Numbered from the stretch's first letter, positions 1 to 12,715 are shown. The stretch is DNA of 64,000 nucleotides from an uncultured Planctomycetota bacterium (GCA_963845755.1 CAWJTV010000001.1:160001-224000); one strand, 5' to 3'. The notes: generated from the letters alone by a model not told the origin. Numbers and translations: made by a program.

Positions 1-99
1 ATCGACGATCGGGAGTCGGTTTTCCTGCGCCTGGCGGCCAGCGAGTTGGATCGGGAGGAGTTCGTCGCCTGGGTTCGCGACAGGATCGTCCGAAAGTAA
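1..99 (+). CDS. C-terminal end of a Doc/Fic-family (death-on-curing) toxin, partial
   Basis: Frame 1 reads IDDRESVFLRLAASELDREEFVAWVRDRIVRK*, resembling the typical Doc C-terminal helices; catalytic motif lies outside the window. Confidence 0.55.
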   Translation: MDDRESVFLRLAASELDREEFVAWVRDRIVRK

Positions 100-338
100 G
101 CGAGGACTTCGCGGGACGTGTCTCGGGCCCGCACGCCTTGTCACACGATCAAGGCGCTCCAGCCACCGGGCCGCTCCCGGTCGTGCCTGGACAAGATCAG
201 CGTTCCGAACCAGGAGGCGTGCGGCTTCATTCGCGGCGGCGAGTGCCGCAGCAATACACCGTCGAGATTCCCTGCCGATCAGGGCGAGCGGAACCGATTG
301 ACCGGGGAGGAGAGCCATGGCGGCGGCGTGCTGTACCG

Positions 339-740
339 TCACGTTGAAGGACCGGCGGGATTCCCGGACCGGATCGCCTGGCGTTCACGGATCAGCGCGG
401 CCGCCTCGTGACATTCTCGCAATCTCATCCGATAGGCCACGACGGTCGGATTCAACTGGATGAGCCGATCGACCTGGCCGGCATCGTGGACCCTGACGAT
501 CTGCGGATGGCGGAGTGTCGGGGCATTCCGGGCCTCGCGGAGGAACCCCTCGATGTCCTCGCGCCCGGCGATCGCCCCGGGCCGGGGACGCTTCAAGGCC
601 ACGGCTCGATTGAGGATTGTGTCCCACGTTCGGTAGACGACGCCGAACGCGCCATCGCCGATCATCGCATGCAGCTCGTAGCGGCCGATGCGGGCGATCG
701 GATCCGTGCCAGGCGCGCCCGAGCGCCCTTCTCGACTCAC
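339..740 (-). pseudogene. Truncated Ser/Thr protein kinase (N-lobe only)
   Basis: IGRYEL..IGDGAFGVVY..VALK..FLREARN..LRHPQIVRVHDAG, then similarity is lost; no HRD/DFG motifs. Confidence 0.75.
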
Positions 741-938
741 GCCGCACAGCTCGATCCCATCCCAGCCGCCGAGAAGCTGCTTGGTTCGGCCATGCCTCAG
801 TGATACGCTGGAAAGCCGAGCGAGACATGGACGTGCTCTCCCACGGCGGATCCAGAACCGCCGGGATCGCTCGACAGTTCAGAGGGATACTCGATCCCTG
901 ACGAAAGGGGAATGATGTCAGGCAGTCCATCGGTTCGG

Positions 939-1552
939 ATGCGGATCTTTCTCGTCGGCGCGGGGGAACTCTGGGCCGAGCCGTGGCGGCCGAGCTCGGC
1001 ACGCGGCATCACATCCTCGCCGCGGGCCGCAAGTCCGGAGATGTCCGGCTGGATCTCTCGGACGCGGCGAGCATCCGCGACGCGCTCGTCAAGGTGGGCC
1101 GGCTCGACGCCGTCGTCTGCACGGCCGGCGAGGTCGCCTTCGCCCCGCTGTCGGCGATCCATCCGGCCGGGATCGGCGAGTCGGCCTACACGCTCGGCCT
1201 GACGAACAAGCTCCTGGGCCAGGTCAATCTGGCCCTGGCCGCGCGCGAGCACCTGGCAGACGGCGGCTCGATCACCTTGACCTCGGGTATCCTCGCCGAT
1301 CAGCCGATCGCCGCGGGCTCGTCGGCGAGCATGGTCAACTGCGCCCTCGAGGGGTTCGTCCGCGCCGCGGCGATCGAGCTGACCCGCGGCCTTCGGATCA
1401 ACCTCGTCAGCCCGAGCATCCTGGTCGAGTCGCTGCCGAAGTTCGGGGCGTTCTTCCGCGGCTTCGAGGCCGTTCCTGCCGCCCGCGCCGCGCTGGCCTA
1501 CAGCCGGAGTGTCGAAGGGCTCCAGACCGGTCAGGTCTATCGGGTTTATTGA
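939..1552 (+). CDS. Short-chain dehydrogenase/reductase (frameshift in G-run near 965)
   Basis: MRIFLVGAG joins GTLGRAVAAELG if one G is added; LDAVVCTAG, GSITLTSG, RINLVSP motifs. Confidence 0.85.
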
Positions 1553-1614
1553 ACGGCGATGCGGGTTGCAAAGGTTCTAGCCCGACCTCCCTTCGCCATG
1601 AGCGGACAGGACCC

Positions 1615-3105
1615 TCAAGGCATGGGAAGGTCATGGAATTCGAAGGGGATTTTCGCCCCGGCGCGGACGATGCTCGAGATCCGGATTTCCTTGGCCTCGC
1701 CCAGTTGAGGCATCTGGGGGAACCGGAAGGTCACGTGTCCGGAATCCTGATCGATCGAGGTCTGGTAAAAGCTGCTCTGGCCTGTCGATGTGAGAATCTG
1801 GATGGGCCACTGCGATGGATCGGTTCCGAATCGTGGTCCCATGCCTCGGCCCATCATCTGGGGGCGCCCGCCGAATCCCAGGCCGTTGATTGGTTCCCCG
1901 GGGAAAAGCTCGTCCAGGTCGTCGATCGTCAGCTCGATGACCACCTGCCTCCTCATGGGATCGGTGTCGATTGAATGGACGACGACGCGCCGCTCGTCGT
2001 TCTGGAAGGTCTTGCCCGCGGCGCCTTCCAGGGGGATGACGAGCGGATTCGGTCGCAGCGCCGAGACTGAGACTTCGACCGTACCGCGCAGCGTCTTGAT
2101 GAGCTTCCCGGGTGCCTCGGGCCGGTGCAGCGGGATGTTGAGGTTTGCTGTGGTCCCCCCCATCCCGGCCATGATGGCGGCTCCCATCATTCGTGGTGAA
2201 CCAAAGGGGCGTTCCTCGTCGCTCGCGGCGGTCATAAGCGAGTGCCCCAGTTCGTCGAACGGCTTCGAGAAGCTTGAGGTTACCGGCCTCGCTCAACGTC
2301 ATGCGCGGCTCGGGGACGATCCCCAGTTGGGCGTGGAACTGGACGATTCGGGCGGGGGCGGCCGCGACCTTCTGCGCCTCAGCCGGCCCCTCGGCACCCG
2401 CGGGCAATGGGTCTACGCGTGGGAGAGCCCCTTTTTTCCTGGCCACGGGAGCGATCCCTCGGGTGCCGGGGCGAAGCTGGCCAACCATCGAAGGCCCGAC
2501 TGGAAAAGGATATTGCTCTGATAGGAAAGTGATATCACATGGAAACGGAAAGAGCCGTGGTTATCGCTCGGCTGGGTCACGGCAGCCGGATAGTATGACA
2601 AGACCAAACTCGGTTGTGGTGCGCCCGGACCCCGCGGGCCCATGAATTGAGAGTGAGCGGTGAGCTGACCGGCCTCGCAAAGCCGGTCGATCGCCTTCCA
2701 GAAGGGGACCGGTTGCGACTCGCGGAGCGTGATGCGCCGGGCCCCGGAGTCGGGCGCTGTTTGGCCGACCTTGACTTCGAACCCCGCCTGTTTGCTGAGC
2801 GATTGGACGATCTCGTCAAGAGTGGCGTCCTGGAAGTCGAGGCGGACCGGGGTTTCCTGAATCAGGAGGTTGCCCTCGATCTTGTTGATCAGGGCCCTGG
2901 CCCGCGTACGGACCTCGGCATCCTTGGATTTGAGCGCGGACCGCAGCGCGGGTAGGGCCTTGGCGCCGAGGTTCTCGAGCGACTTCGTGGCTTCGCGCTC
3001 GGCGTAGCTCGCCGAGCCAAGCTTCTCCATCAGCGCGGCCGCGTCGCGCGAAGGGTCGGCCTGTTGCCCCAGCAGAGCGAGGACGATCAGGTTCGCGCCA
3101 ATCAT
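1615..3105 (-). CDS. Planctomycete exported protein with HEAT-like N-terminus (split by about 2 frameshifts)
   Basis: GAAGGAG RBS, MIGANLIVLALLG signal-like start, LGSASYAERE..ALPALRSALKSKDAEVR helical repeat; continues through ORFs 1631-2488 and 1615-2235. Confidence 0.6.
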
Positions 3106-3453
3106 CGGAGATTCTCCTTCGTCGATTCGGATCCGGACCGCCACGTCGTATCCCCTTTGTACATCGCGTTCGATCTCCGTACGAGAGGGCACCACTCGAC
3201 GCCGGCTCGAACGTGCGCCGGATTCCGGCAACGGTCGACACTGACCGCCTCATGAAGAACACAGACCGGACAAGGGTGTTATGTCCAACCAAGGCGGAGT
3301 CGTGCCATCGATCGTGGCAGCCCCGAGTGACCCGGGTTGGTAGCCGTTGGGCGGGGGCTCTCGGCACCCGAAGACTCGCCGCCGTCTGCTGGAGTGCAGT
3401 CTCCGCCCACGCCGGGGTCTGGGCGTGAGACGTCCGGTCGGCCCGTTGCCATT

Positions 3454-3810
3454 TCAAAGGAACCCAGTCAGCCACTCGATGAGGCGCTCGCGGATGACCA
3501 CCTCGGAGATGACTTCGTCCTCATCGCCGATCGACGGCACGTCGGCATCGTCCGATTTGGAGCTGGTATCGGACGAGTGGTCTACCAGGCCGATTTCCGT
3601 CAGGTGGCGCAGCAGCGTCTGCTTGGTGAGCGGCTTCTCCCGAACGACCGGCTCACCGACGTTATCGGTGGTCGCCGCCGTCGTCTCCATGGCTTGACGG
3701 AGCCGGAGCAGGGCATCACGGATGACATCCACTTCGCTGTCGTACTGGCCCGTGCGTACCGCATCTTCGATCAAGCGTGCGAGGTCTTGCGGAATGTGAA
3801 TCGTCATCAC
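3454..3810 (-). CDS. ParD-like / ribbon-helix-helix antitoxin-type protein
   Basis: MTIHIPQDLARLIEDAVRTGQYDSEVDVIRDALLRL fits the ParD/CopG RHH pattern; GGGAGG RBS. Confidence 0.7.
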   Translation of the reverse strand: MMTIHIPQDLARLIEDAVRTGQYDSEVDVIRDALLRLRQAMETTAATTDNVGEPVVREKPLTKQTLLRHLTEIGLVDHSSDTSSKSDDADVPSIGDEDEVISEVVIRERLIEWLTGFL

Positions 3811-3926
3811 GGGACCTCCCTTGAGCGTTCCGGAGTCACGACCGTCGGGCCGCGTCGAGGAGCGTCAGGTGTCAGGGAACAGGGTGCTCTGTGCGATCGC
3901 CGGCGTCCTGATGGGCCGTGATCACC

Positions 3927-6900
3927 TCAGGGATGCCTCTCGTCAGCTCGTCCTGTCGGCTTCCGAATGCCCTCGGCGGAGCTGATGATCAGCAAGCCAT
4001 CCTTGACAGTATAAGCCAGACCAAGCTGCTTGAGCATCAGCCTCAAGGTCGTCTTGAGCGGCACACCGTCCAGGTCGATGCTCACAGTCGAGGTCATCGA
4101 CCGCCCGGCTTCCTTGAGGCCGAGCGGGTCCACATGGATGGGGATGCCGTCGGATTCGGGGGTGGCGATCTGATACTTGATGTATGTGAGCACATCGTCC
4201 AGCGGCGTCGCACCGGCGAAAGACATGGAGATGGGCTGTTCGAGCTTGGCCAGCACCCTCTTGGTCCCTGGCGATGAGTCAGCGGCCGCGCTCGCCGTCT
4301 CGTTCCGTTCCCGGTCGATGCCCTTGGGCGAGCTGATGATCAACACGTCATCCTTGACGAGGTAGGCCAGGCCCAGTTGACCGAGGATCTGCGGGAGTGT
4401 GATCTTCAAGGGGGCGCCTATCACGTTCATTTGGACCGTCGATGTCAGGGTCTGCCCGGCTTCCTGGAGTCCGAGCGGGGCGACGTAGATCGGGAGGCCC
4501 GGGTCGGTCGGCTTTTTCCCCTTGAAGGTAGCCTGCTTGATGTAGATCAGGACGTTGTCCAACGGCGTCTCGTTGGCAAAGCCCATCGGGACGGTTTCTT
4601 CGAGCGTGGCCAGGATGGCTCGGGTCCGGGGCGAGATCACCCCGTCCGGCCGGGGCCCCTTCGAGGTGACCGCGGGCGGCTTGGGTTGCGGGGCCTGTTT
4701 CAGTGGCTTCTCGATGGGTGGCATCGCCCAGATCCGGACGGTCCTGTCGAACGACGTAGACACGGCGCGTTGGCCGTCGGGCGAGAACGCAACGCGCCAT
4801 ACCAAGCTCATATGGCTATACCATCGGTCAATCTTCTCGCCCCTCTCCAGGTCCCAGAGCCACACGGCGGTGTCCTCACCAAACAGCGCACGTCGGCCAT
4901 CGGGAGAGACCGCGACACACGAAACGTTGAGAGAGATCCGGCGTAGTGGCTCTTCGATCACCCGTGACACTGCGGCCAGGTCGGGGGCACTCGCAACGGT
5001 CAGGGAGATCCGGCGCAGTTGCTGGCCGGTCTCCAGATCCCAGACGATCGGCCCGTCCCCACTGGTCGCCAGGACACGGCGGTCGTCCGGGAATAGGGCC
5101 AGATCGGTCACGCCCTTGCCGTGAGTCATCCGCCGGATCTCTTTTCCCGTCTTCACGTCCCAGACGCGGATCGTCTTATCGCCGCTGCCAGACACGATGC
5201 GACGGCCGTCCGCGCAGAAGGCGATTTTCGCGATCCCTGACTCGTGTCCGCGAAAGGTCATCAGCTCCTCGCCCGTCAACAGGTCGCAGAGGTGGATCGA
5301 CATCCCGCAGACGTAGGCCGCATGCGGCGCATCGGGAGCGAAAACGACCGAGCCGAGGCTGCTCTCCTCGCGTCGAATCAGCCGGGAATCGCCGGTCTCC
5401 AGATCCCAGAGACGCAGGGTTTTATCCTCACTCGCCGTGAGCGCCTGACGTCCGGTACGCGAAAGTGCCAGGGAGATCGCTCCCGGGTCATGACCCGTGT
5501 ACTTGCGAGGAATCTTATTCATGCTGGTGAAGTCGGCGAGCCAGAGGGCGGGGTCGGTGCCCGGGAGCCATTGTCGGTTCTGGAAGTCGCCGCCGGTCGA
5601 ATAAAGGACGTGGCGGCCGTCGGGCAGCAGGAATGCGTTGTTGAGGAGGTCATGCGGGCTCATGAAAAACCCCCGCCTGATCACGCCGTCGTCCGTCACC
5701 TCGGGGTCGGCCACGCCGTACGGCCCCTGTGGCGTGGCGGGTACCGTCGCCTGGCGCCGTACGGTGACAACTGTCTTGTCCCCTCGCTTCAGCGCGAAGC
5801 GGTCGGTCGAGAGCTTGAGGCCACCACCCCCGCCGGCCAGTTGTAATTCGTAAAGGCCGGCCTTCAGCTCGATGCGATTGCTGGTCTTCGGGTCAACGAT
5901 TGTCACCTGTTGACCGCCCTGATTGACGATCACTTCGATGTTGGGATCCCTCGGACTCGATGACCAGTTCGCCGGTGGGCGTCCGGATGCTCAAGACCTG
6001 ATAGAAGATCAAGGCCAGAGACACCACGACGATGGGCAGCAAGGCCAGGGCCGCCGCGATCCACACCCACGGCCGCCGCGGGCGTGGCGCCGAGCGGGTT
6101 GCCTGTTCCGATGGCTTCTGCTCTCCCACCATGGAGGCGGACGATTGCCACGTCGCCGGCAAGGCGCGCGCTTCGGCCGGTGCCCGTGCGTCGAGCCCCG
6201 TCGCAGCGGCCCGTGTGTCGGCGAATGGGGCCAACGCCTGTACCGCTTCGTCCGGCGTCTGAAACCGCCGCGCCGGATCCTTGGCCATCATCCGCTCGAC
6301 GACCTGGGCCAGCGCCGGGGGCACATCGGCGCGGAGTTCCGGGAGCGGCCGCGGTGTCCTCTTGCTGTGAGCCATCAGCTTTTGGATCAGGCTGCGGTCA
6401 GGGAACGGAGGGAAGCCGGCCAGGAGGAAGTAGAGCGTGCAACCGAGGCTGTAGACATCGGCGCGGATGTCAGCGGCGTGCGGATCGTCGATCTGCTCGG
6501 GAGCAATATAGTCGGCCGAACCCAGGATCATCCCATCGGCGGTCATACCGGCGTGCGAGCCGACCTCGCTGGCGAACCGGGCCAGGCCGAAGTCGAGGAT
6601 CTTGACCTGACCGCGCGTCGTCCGCATCAGGTTCTGCGGCTTGATGTCGCGGTGGACCATCCCATCTTCGAAGGCGTGCTGGAGCCCCAGGGCCGCCTGG
6701 CGGACGTACTCGCACGCTTCACCGATTGGCAGCGGTCCGCGGCGATCTACCAGCCGGGCTAGGTCGGTCCCTTCGACGAATTCCATGACCAGCATGTGCG
6801 TCTCTCCAGCCTGCTCGGCGTCGTAGGCGGCCACGATGTTCGGATGGGAAGCCAGCCGCGCGGCCGACTTGACCTCGCGACGGAATCGCTCGACCAGGGC

Positions 6901-7357
6901 TTCGCTGCCCAGCAAGTCAGTGCGGATCACCTTGAGGGCAACCGGCCGGTCCATCAGCCGATGCTCGGCGCGGTAGACGGTCCCCATGCCGCCGGTGCCG
7001 ATGGCCGCGAGGACACGGTAGCGCGGATGGTCATTCAGCTCCCTGGGGAGGCCGACGACGGTCGGCTCATTGTGAGGAGTAGCCCCGGCACCGAGACCGA
7101 CGACGAACGACGACGGGACCTGGAAGCCCGTCGGCGGCTCGACGGCGGACTCATCCTCCGTCACCGGCACCGTCGCCCGCGCCGCGACCGCGGAGTTTTT
7201 CGACCAATGCGTCCTCCGGTTGGTCCCGGATCCACTGGCAACACGAGTCGCAGGACGACAGGTGTTGCTCGATCTCGTCCATCTCCGGTGCATCCAGTCG
7301 GCCCTGCGCATAGGCCGCCAAGCGGTTGGTCGTGGGGTGGACCTCGATATCCGTCAT
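3927..7357 (-). CDS. Ser/Thr kinase: zinc-finger (HxxxCxxC) N-terminus, kinase, TM helix, WD40 repeats, two STN-like repeats (frameshifts near 7170-7200 and 5950)
   Basis: EQHLSSCDSC; GTGGMGTVY, VALK, HRDIKPQN, DFG, APE; TM WVWIAAALALLPIVVVSLALIF; GH..WD repeats; duplicated 'F..TPLDxVLxYIK..PIxVxPLGLxEAG' module. Confidence 0.9.
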
Positions 7358-7377
7358 CGCAAGGACTCCGGGCCTTT

Positions 7378-7438
7378 GTCGGGTGGGTGAAACCCACCGA
7401 GATCGGGCGATTTCTTTGGTGGGTTTCGCCCACCCTAC
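7378..7438. repeat. GTAG-type REP inverted doublet
   Basis: Minus strand GTAGGGTGGGCGAAACCCACC...GGTGGGTTTCACCCACCCGAC between sigma and kinase genes. Confidence 0.7.
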
Positions 7439-7484
7439 TTGGAGAATGCCGGCCCGACGAAATCCTTTCAAAGTACGTGAGGAT

Positions 7485-8069
7485 TTAATCAACGAGCCCT
7501 TCGGCATTACGGCGCAAGTGGCTCAGGACGCGAGACTTGGCGATCAGTACGGCGTTGACGGTCAGGCCCAGCTCGGCCGCGACGGCTTCGGCCGATGCCC
7601 CATCGATGGCCTGCCTTCGGAACGCTTGCCAGGTGACCGGCCGGAACTCGGGCTCGATCAGGCCCAGGAGGCGTTGCAGGACGAACTCGTCGTGCTCCCG
7701 ATCCCAGCGACGGCTCAGGTTGCTGGCCGGGTCCTCCAGTTGATCGAGCGCCGAGTCGAGGTCCGGGGGGTGGGTCGTCCGAGTTCGAGCGCGTCGAGAC
7801 CGCCAGGATTGGCGGAGGCAGTTGATCGTGATCGTCCGCAGCCAGGTCCGGAACGCCCCGACGCGGCCGTTGTGCTGGAAACGAGAAACCTCGCGGACGA
7901 CGATCTCGAGGACCTCCTGAGTGAGATCCTCCGCGTCGTCGGCCGAGACGCCCTGGCGACGGAGCCAGGAGCTGATCAGGGGGGTGTAGAGGTCCACCAG
8001 TCGCCGCCACGCGACGGAATCCGAGCGATCGTTCAGCCGTTGCAGTAGCGTGGCGGACGTCTCGGCCAT
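7485..8069 (-). CDS. ECF RNA polymerase sigma factor (kinase-associated planctomycete type)
   Basis: TSATLLQRL..AWRRLVDLYTPLI..DAEDLTQEV..FRTWLRTI..VAAELGLTVNAVLIAKSRVL; GAGGAGG RBS. Confidence 0.92.
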   Translation of the reverse strand: MAETSATLLQRLNDRSDSVAWRRLVDLYTPLISSWLRRQGVSADDAEDLTQEVLEIVVREVSRFQHNGRVGAFRTWLRTITINCLRQSWRSRRARTRTTHPPDLDSALDQLEDPASNLSRRWDREHDEFVLQRLLGLIEPEFRPVTWQAFRRQAIDGASAEAVAAELGLTVNAVLIAKSRVLSHLRRNAEGLVD

Positions 8070-8816
8070 GGGGCCTCCTCACCGGCTCCCGAGGTCCTCG
8101 GAATCTCGGCGCCGACAGGGCCGGGCTGAGGTCGGCGCCGTGGGGTGAGCGGGCTTGCCCGGGTCGTTGGCCGGCAGCCGATACTTGACAACGCCGAGTG
8201 TCCCGGGCCCAGGCGACGTCGCGGCCGTCGAAGCATGACGAGCGTTCATCGAGTCTGGCGTCTCGGCGCTCATGATCCAACCTGCCGATCGGCTGAAGAC
8301 GACCTCGATTTGCCACGAGGCGAACCGCTATTCTACTGCGGCCGCCTTCTCCGGCCAATCGGCGGCCGGGAGGGCCTCGCCCTCGCGAGATTGCCGGGCT
8401 CACCGCGCGAGGCAGGCCTCCTTCGAGTAGGCTCGCCGAGCAGAGAAACCGAAGCCTGTCGAACACCCGTTGACGATCGGGACGAATCCGATCGAGGCGA
8501 ACATCGTCATCGACGACCGCGGCCACGAGGCGCCCGAGTCGAAATCCTCGGTGTGACGGTACGTCTTACGGGGTAGGATGAGTCAGGATTCTCTTGCGGA
8601 CCAGCGCAGGAGTTGCTCGTCGAGGCGCTTCCAGGTCGTCCGGATCAATCACACTCGGCGACCGACCCTACCGAGGCCGGCGGCACATCCACAGACATCG
8701 CGCGCGGGATAGACGGGAACCGCTCAAGCAACTCGGCCGTCGAAAACTGAAACAATGCGGCCTCGCCCTGACAGTAGTATTACGGATAGGCCAAGCGCAT
8801 TCCGGAGGGACACATC

Positions 8817-11553
8817 ATGGCGAACGGGCAATCTGAAGCCGTCCTGAATCGACCCCAAGCGGTCGTGGATGCAGGAACAGTTGCGGGAGTGAGCGACGGT
8901 CAACTGCTGGGGCGGTTCACCGCCCATCGCGACGAGTTAGCCGAGATCGCGTTTACGGCCTTGGTCCGCCGCCACGGGCCGATGGTGCTGCGCGTTTGCC
9001 GGCAGGTCCTGGGCGACTGGCATACCGCCGAGGACGCCTTCCAGGCCACGTTCTTGATCCTGGCGCGGAGAGCCGGATCGATTCGCAGGCCGGAGTTGCT
9101 GGGGCATTGGCTTTATGGCGTGGCCTTGCGGACGGCGCGGACGGCGCGGATACGGAACGAGCGCAAGCGGCGACGCGAGATCTCCGGAGGGGAGGATATG
9201 GGGGTTGAACCGATCGGTGACGTCGAGCGACCCGAGTCGCCATTGATCTCTCGCGAGGAGCTCGAGGCCCTGCACGAGGAGGTGTCCCGATTGCCCGAAC
9301 GATATCGCGTCCCCGTTGTTCTCTGCGAGCTGGAGGGCCTGAGGTATCATGAGGCAGCACTGCGACTGCGCTGCCCGGTGAGCACGATCGGCATACGGCT
9401 GAAACGGGCGCGGGAGCGGCTCCGCCTGAGGCTGACTCAACGGGGTCTGGCCCCCACGGCTGGACTGATCGGCGCACTCTTCGGCAAGGAAGCGGCTTCA
9501 GCGTGGGTGCCATTGAGGCTGGTCACGGCCACCGTCCATGCCGCGACGCGGTTCGCGGCGAGCAAGGCCGCGGCGAACGGTTTGGTCTCGATGGGGGTCA
9601 TCGCCCTGACCGAAGGGGTCCTCAGGAGCATGGCCCTGGCCCCCCTCAAGCTGGCGGCCAGTCTGGTGTTGGCCGTCGCGATCGTCGCGACGTTCGGTTG
9701 GGTGGGCGCGCGACCCGAAACACCGGTCCTGGCCGCGCCGGTGCAAGCCGCGCTCCAGCCGATGGACGAGACTCCGCCCCCGCAAGTTCCGGCCCCTCCA
9801 GCCGCTGCCGCTCAACACAACCCCATCCCCGACGCGGCAGACCGACTCAAGTCCGCCCTGACTCTGCTCGATCACCTCTTCCCCTCCGATCGAAAAGGGG
9901 AGGCGAAGATCGGCGAGGATGGGCGCAGTCCCCAGAGCAAACCGGTAACCCGCGCGGCGCGCGGCAAGGTGCTCTTCGCCAAGGACTGGGCGCCGAATGA
10001 TCCCAGGAGCCACGGTGGCGACGGTCTGGGACCCGTCTACAACGAGACCTCGTGCGTGGCCTGTCATGGCCAGGGCGCACCCGGCGGCGCCGGTCCCGGG
10101 AACAAGAACGTGGTCCTCGTCACGGCGAGTCTCACGAGCCAGGACAAGGCCAAGGACCTGGATCAGATCCATCCCGGATTTCGCAGCGGTCGCAGCACGG
10201 TCCTCCACCGATATGGGACGGATCCCCGGTATGGGTCATGGCGGAGACAGTTCTACGACTCCGGCCCCGACGACTCGCCCAACCGTCCCAAGAACGTCGA
10301 CGAGGATCTCGTCGAGGCTCGAATCCGAGGCTTGCAGCAGCAGACAACACCAGGTCAGCGGCTGCACGACCGATCGATCAGCCTCCGGCCGGTGGATGGC
10401 GTCAACCTCACCGTTTCGCAACGGAATACCCCTCCCCTCTTCGGCGCAGGTCGAATCGACGTGATTTCGTCCAAGGTGCTGGCCGCGGTGGCGGCGAACC
10501 AGCCTGCCGAGGTGCGGGGCAAGATCAGTCGTACTCCGGACGGCCGCGTCGGCCGGTTTGGCTGGAAGGCGCAGATCGCCAGCCTCGCAGAGTTCATCCG
10601 CGCCGCGTGTGCCAACGAGCTCGGCCTTGAGGTCCCCGGCCATTCGCAGGCCGCCTCGCCGCTGGCTCCCTCCCAGAAGGCCAAGGGACTGGACATGACC
10701 GATGCGGAGTGTGACGACCTGGTGGCCTATCTCCGGACCCTGCCCGCGCCGGTCGCGATCGATCCGTCCGGCCCGCACGGCACTCAAGGCATCCGGGAGG
10801 GTCGCCGCCTCTTCGCCGACGTGGGCTGCGCCGATTGCCACGTCCCGACCCTCGGCAACGTTCGGGGGATCTACAGCGACCTGCTGCTGCACGATCTGGG
10901 CCCGAGCTTGGGCGATTCCGGCAGCTACTACGGGACCGAGGGTCCCAGCTCACCCGGAGGGGCGAGTCCCCAGGAGTGGCGCACCCCGCCGCTGTGGGGC
11001 TATCGCGATTCCGGGCCCTACCTCCACGATGGGCGGGCAGAGGACCTGGAAGAGGCGGTCGCGCTGCACGGCGGGCAGGCTCACGCGTTCGACTCGACGG
11101 TTCTTCGCCCTCACCGCAGAGGATCGGTTCCATGTCGAGGAGTTCCTGAAATCGCTGGTCGCTCCCTCGGCCACCGCCGAGCCGGGAGTTTTGCTTGCGG
11201 CCGAGATGGAGTACCAGTTCGAGCTCGAGGAGGAGCGCACTCCCGAGAGCCTCGTCCGGCGGCGATGGGCGGAGGCCGTGGCCCGTGGCGAGCGGCAACG
11301 ACGTGACGATCACGAGCGTCTGCGCGCCCAAGAGGCGGCGAGGCTCGCCCGCGTGCGATTGCAAGTCGCCCGAAACCTGGAGAAGAGTGGCAAGATTAAT
11401 AGCGCGCTGAAGTTCTACGCCAGGATCGCTCGCGAGGCCCCCGACACGGAAGAGGGCCGGGAGGCCGCCTCGCGAATCGATGCATTCCGCCGGAGACGTG
11501 AACTTCTCGATGGCCTGTCCTATCCGGGGTCAACGAGGATCGATGCTCAATAG
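8817..11553 (+). CDS. ECF sigma factor fused via a TM helix to a di-heme oxidoreductase (DUF1111-like) domain plus TPR-like tail (frameshift near 11085)
   Basis: SDGQLLGRF..RHGPMVLRVCR..AEDAFQATFLIL; TM LAASLVLAVAIVATFGWV; GDGLGPVYNETSCVACH, GRFGWKA, GCADCHVP, YSDLLLHDLG, EWRTPPLWG, YLHDGRA. Confidence 0.88.
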
Positions 11554-11595
11554 AGCCCTTCATACTCGGGTGTAAATCCGAGCCCGACGCGCCGT

Positions 11596-12694
11596 TTACC
11601 ACTTGTCGATCGCGCCCGAGGGCACCGGGATCTCGGCGTCGTAATGGCTGGGCAGCGGCGAATCGGGGCCTTCCATTCGGGCAATCGCGACGACCTCGTC
11701 GAAGAGCGCCGGGCTGGAGAGGTTGAGCAACTGGCGGTAGAGCGGGCGGGGCATGCGCGTGAAGTGGAAATACCACTTGAGGATCTTGCGGAATTGCAGG
11801 CAGCCGAACCGCTCGCCGCGGCGGGTGACCAGTCCGTGGAAGTGCTCGCACATGAGGTCAACCCGTTCCTCGTAGGATGGATCCACCCCGGGGTGGCCGG
11901 TGCGGCTCCAGCAGTCGAGCTGCCGGAAGAAGAAGGGATTGGCCAGGGCCCCTCGTCCGATCGAGACGGCTGCACAGCCGGTCTCGACGAACGTCCGCGC
12001 CGCGTCGGCGATCGTCCGGATATCGCCGTTGGCGATGACCGGGATCCGGTCAACGGCCTCGACCACCGCACGGATCCCCGCGATTGACCGAGCCCTTGAA
12101 ACCTTGCTGCCGGGTCCGGCCGTGGATGATCACGCCCGCCACGCCGGCCTGCTCGAAGGCGCGGGCCAGGCCGGGCGCTGTCAGCGATTCGTCATCCCAG
12201 CCCAGGCGCATCTTCACCGTCACCGGGATCTGGACGGCTCTCACGACCGCGCCGACCAGGTCCACGGCGCGATCCATCTCGCACATCAAGGCCGAGCCGC
12301 CGCCCCCCTTGACCACCTTACGTACGGGGCAGCCCATGTTGATATCGACGGCCGTAACTCCTTGCGCTTCCACCCATCGGGCCGCTGGGGCCATCTCGGC
12401 CGCGATGGCCCCGTAGATCTGGATCGACAGCGGACGATCTGCGTCGCAGGTCTCGGACAGCTCGAGTGCGCGGCGGCGACCCTCGATCAGCGACCGGGCG
12501 TTGACCAGGTCCGTCGTCGCCAGGCCCAGGCCCCCGCATCCGCGCACGGCCAGCCGGAACGCCAGGCTCGTGTAACCGGCCAGCGGGGCCAGGAAGAAGC
12601 GAGAAGCGATCCGCCGTTGGCCCAGATGGAACGGCTCGCGCACAATGGGGGGAACCTCGGGTATCCGGCATTCGCGGTGTTCTGACAAGATCAT
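11596..12694 (-). CDS. dusB: tRNA-dihydrouridine synthase B (frameshift near 12075)
   Basis: LAPLAGYT, DINMGCPV, PVTVKMRLGWD, IHGRTRQQ, IPVIANGDI, IGRGALANP. Confidence 0.9.
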
Positions 12695-12715
12695 CTCCAT
12701 CCTGATTGGGTTCGC

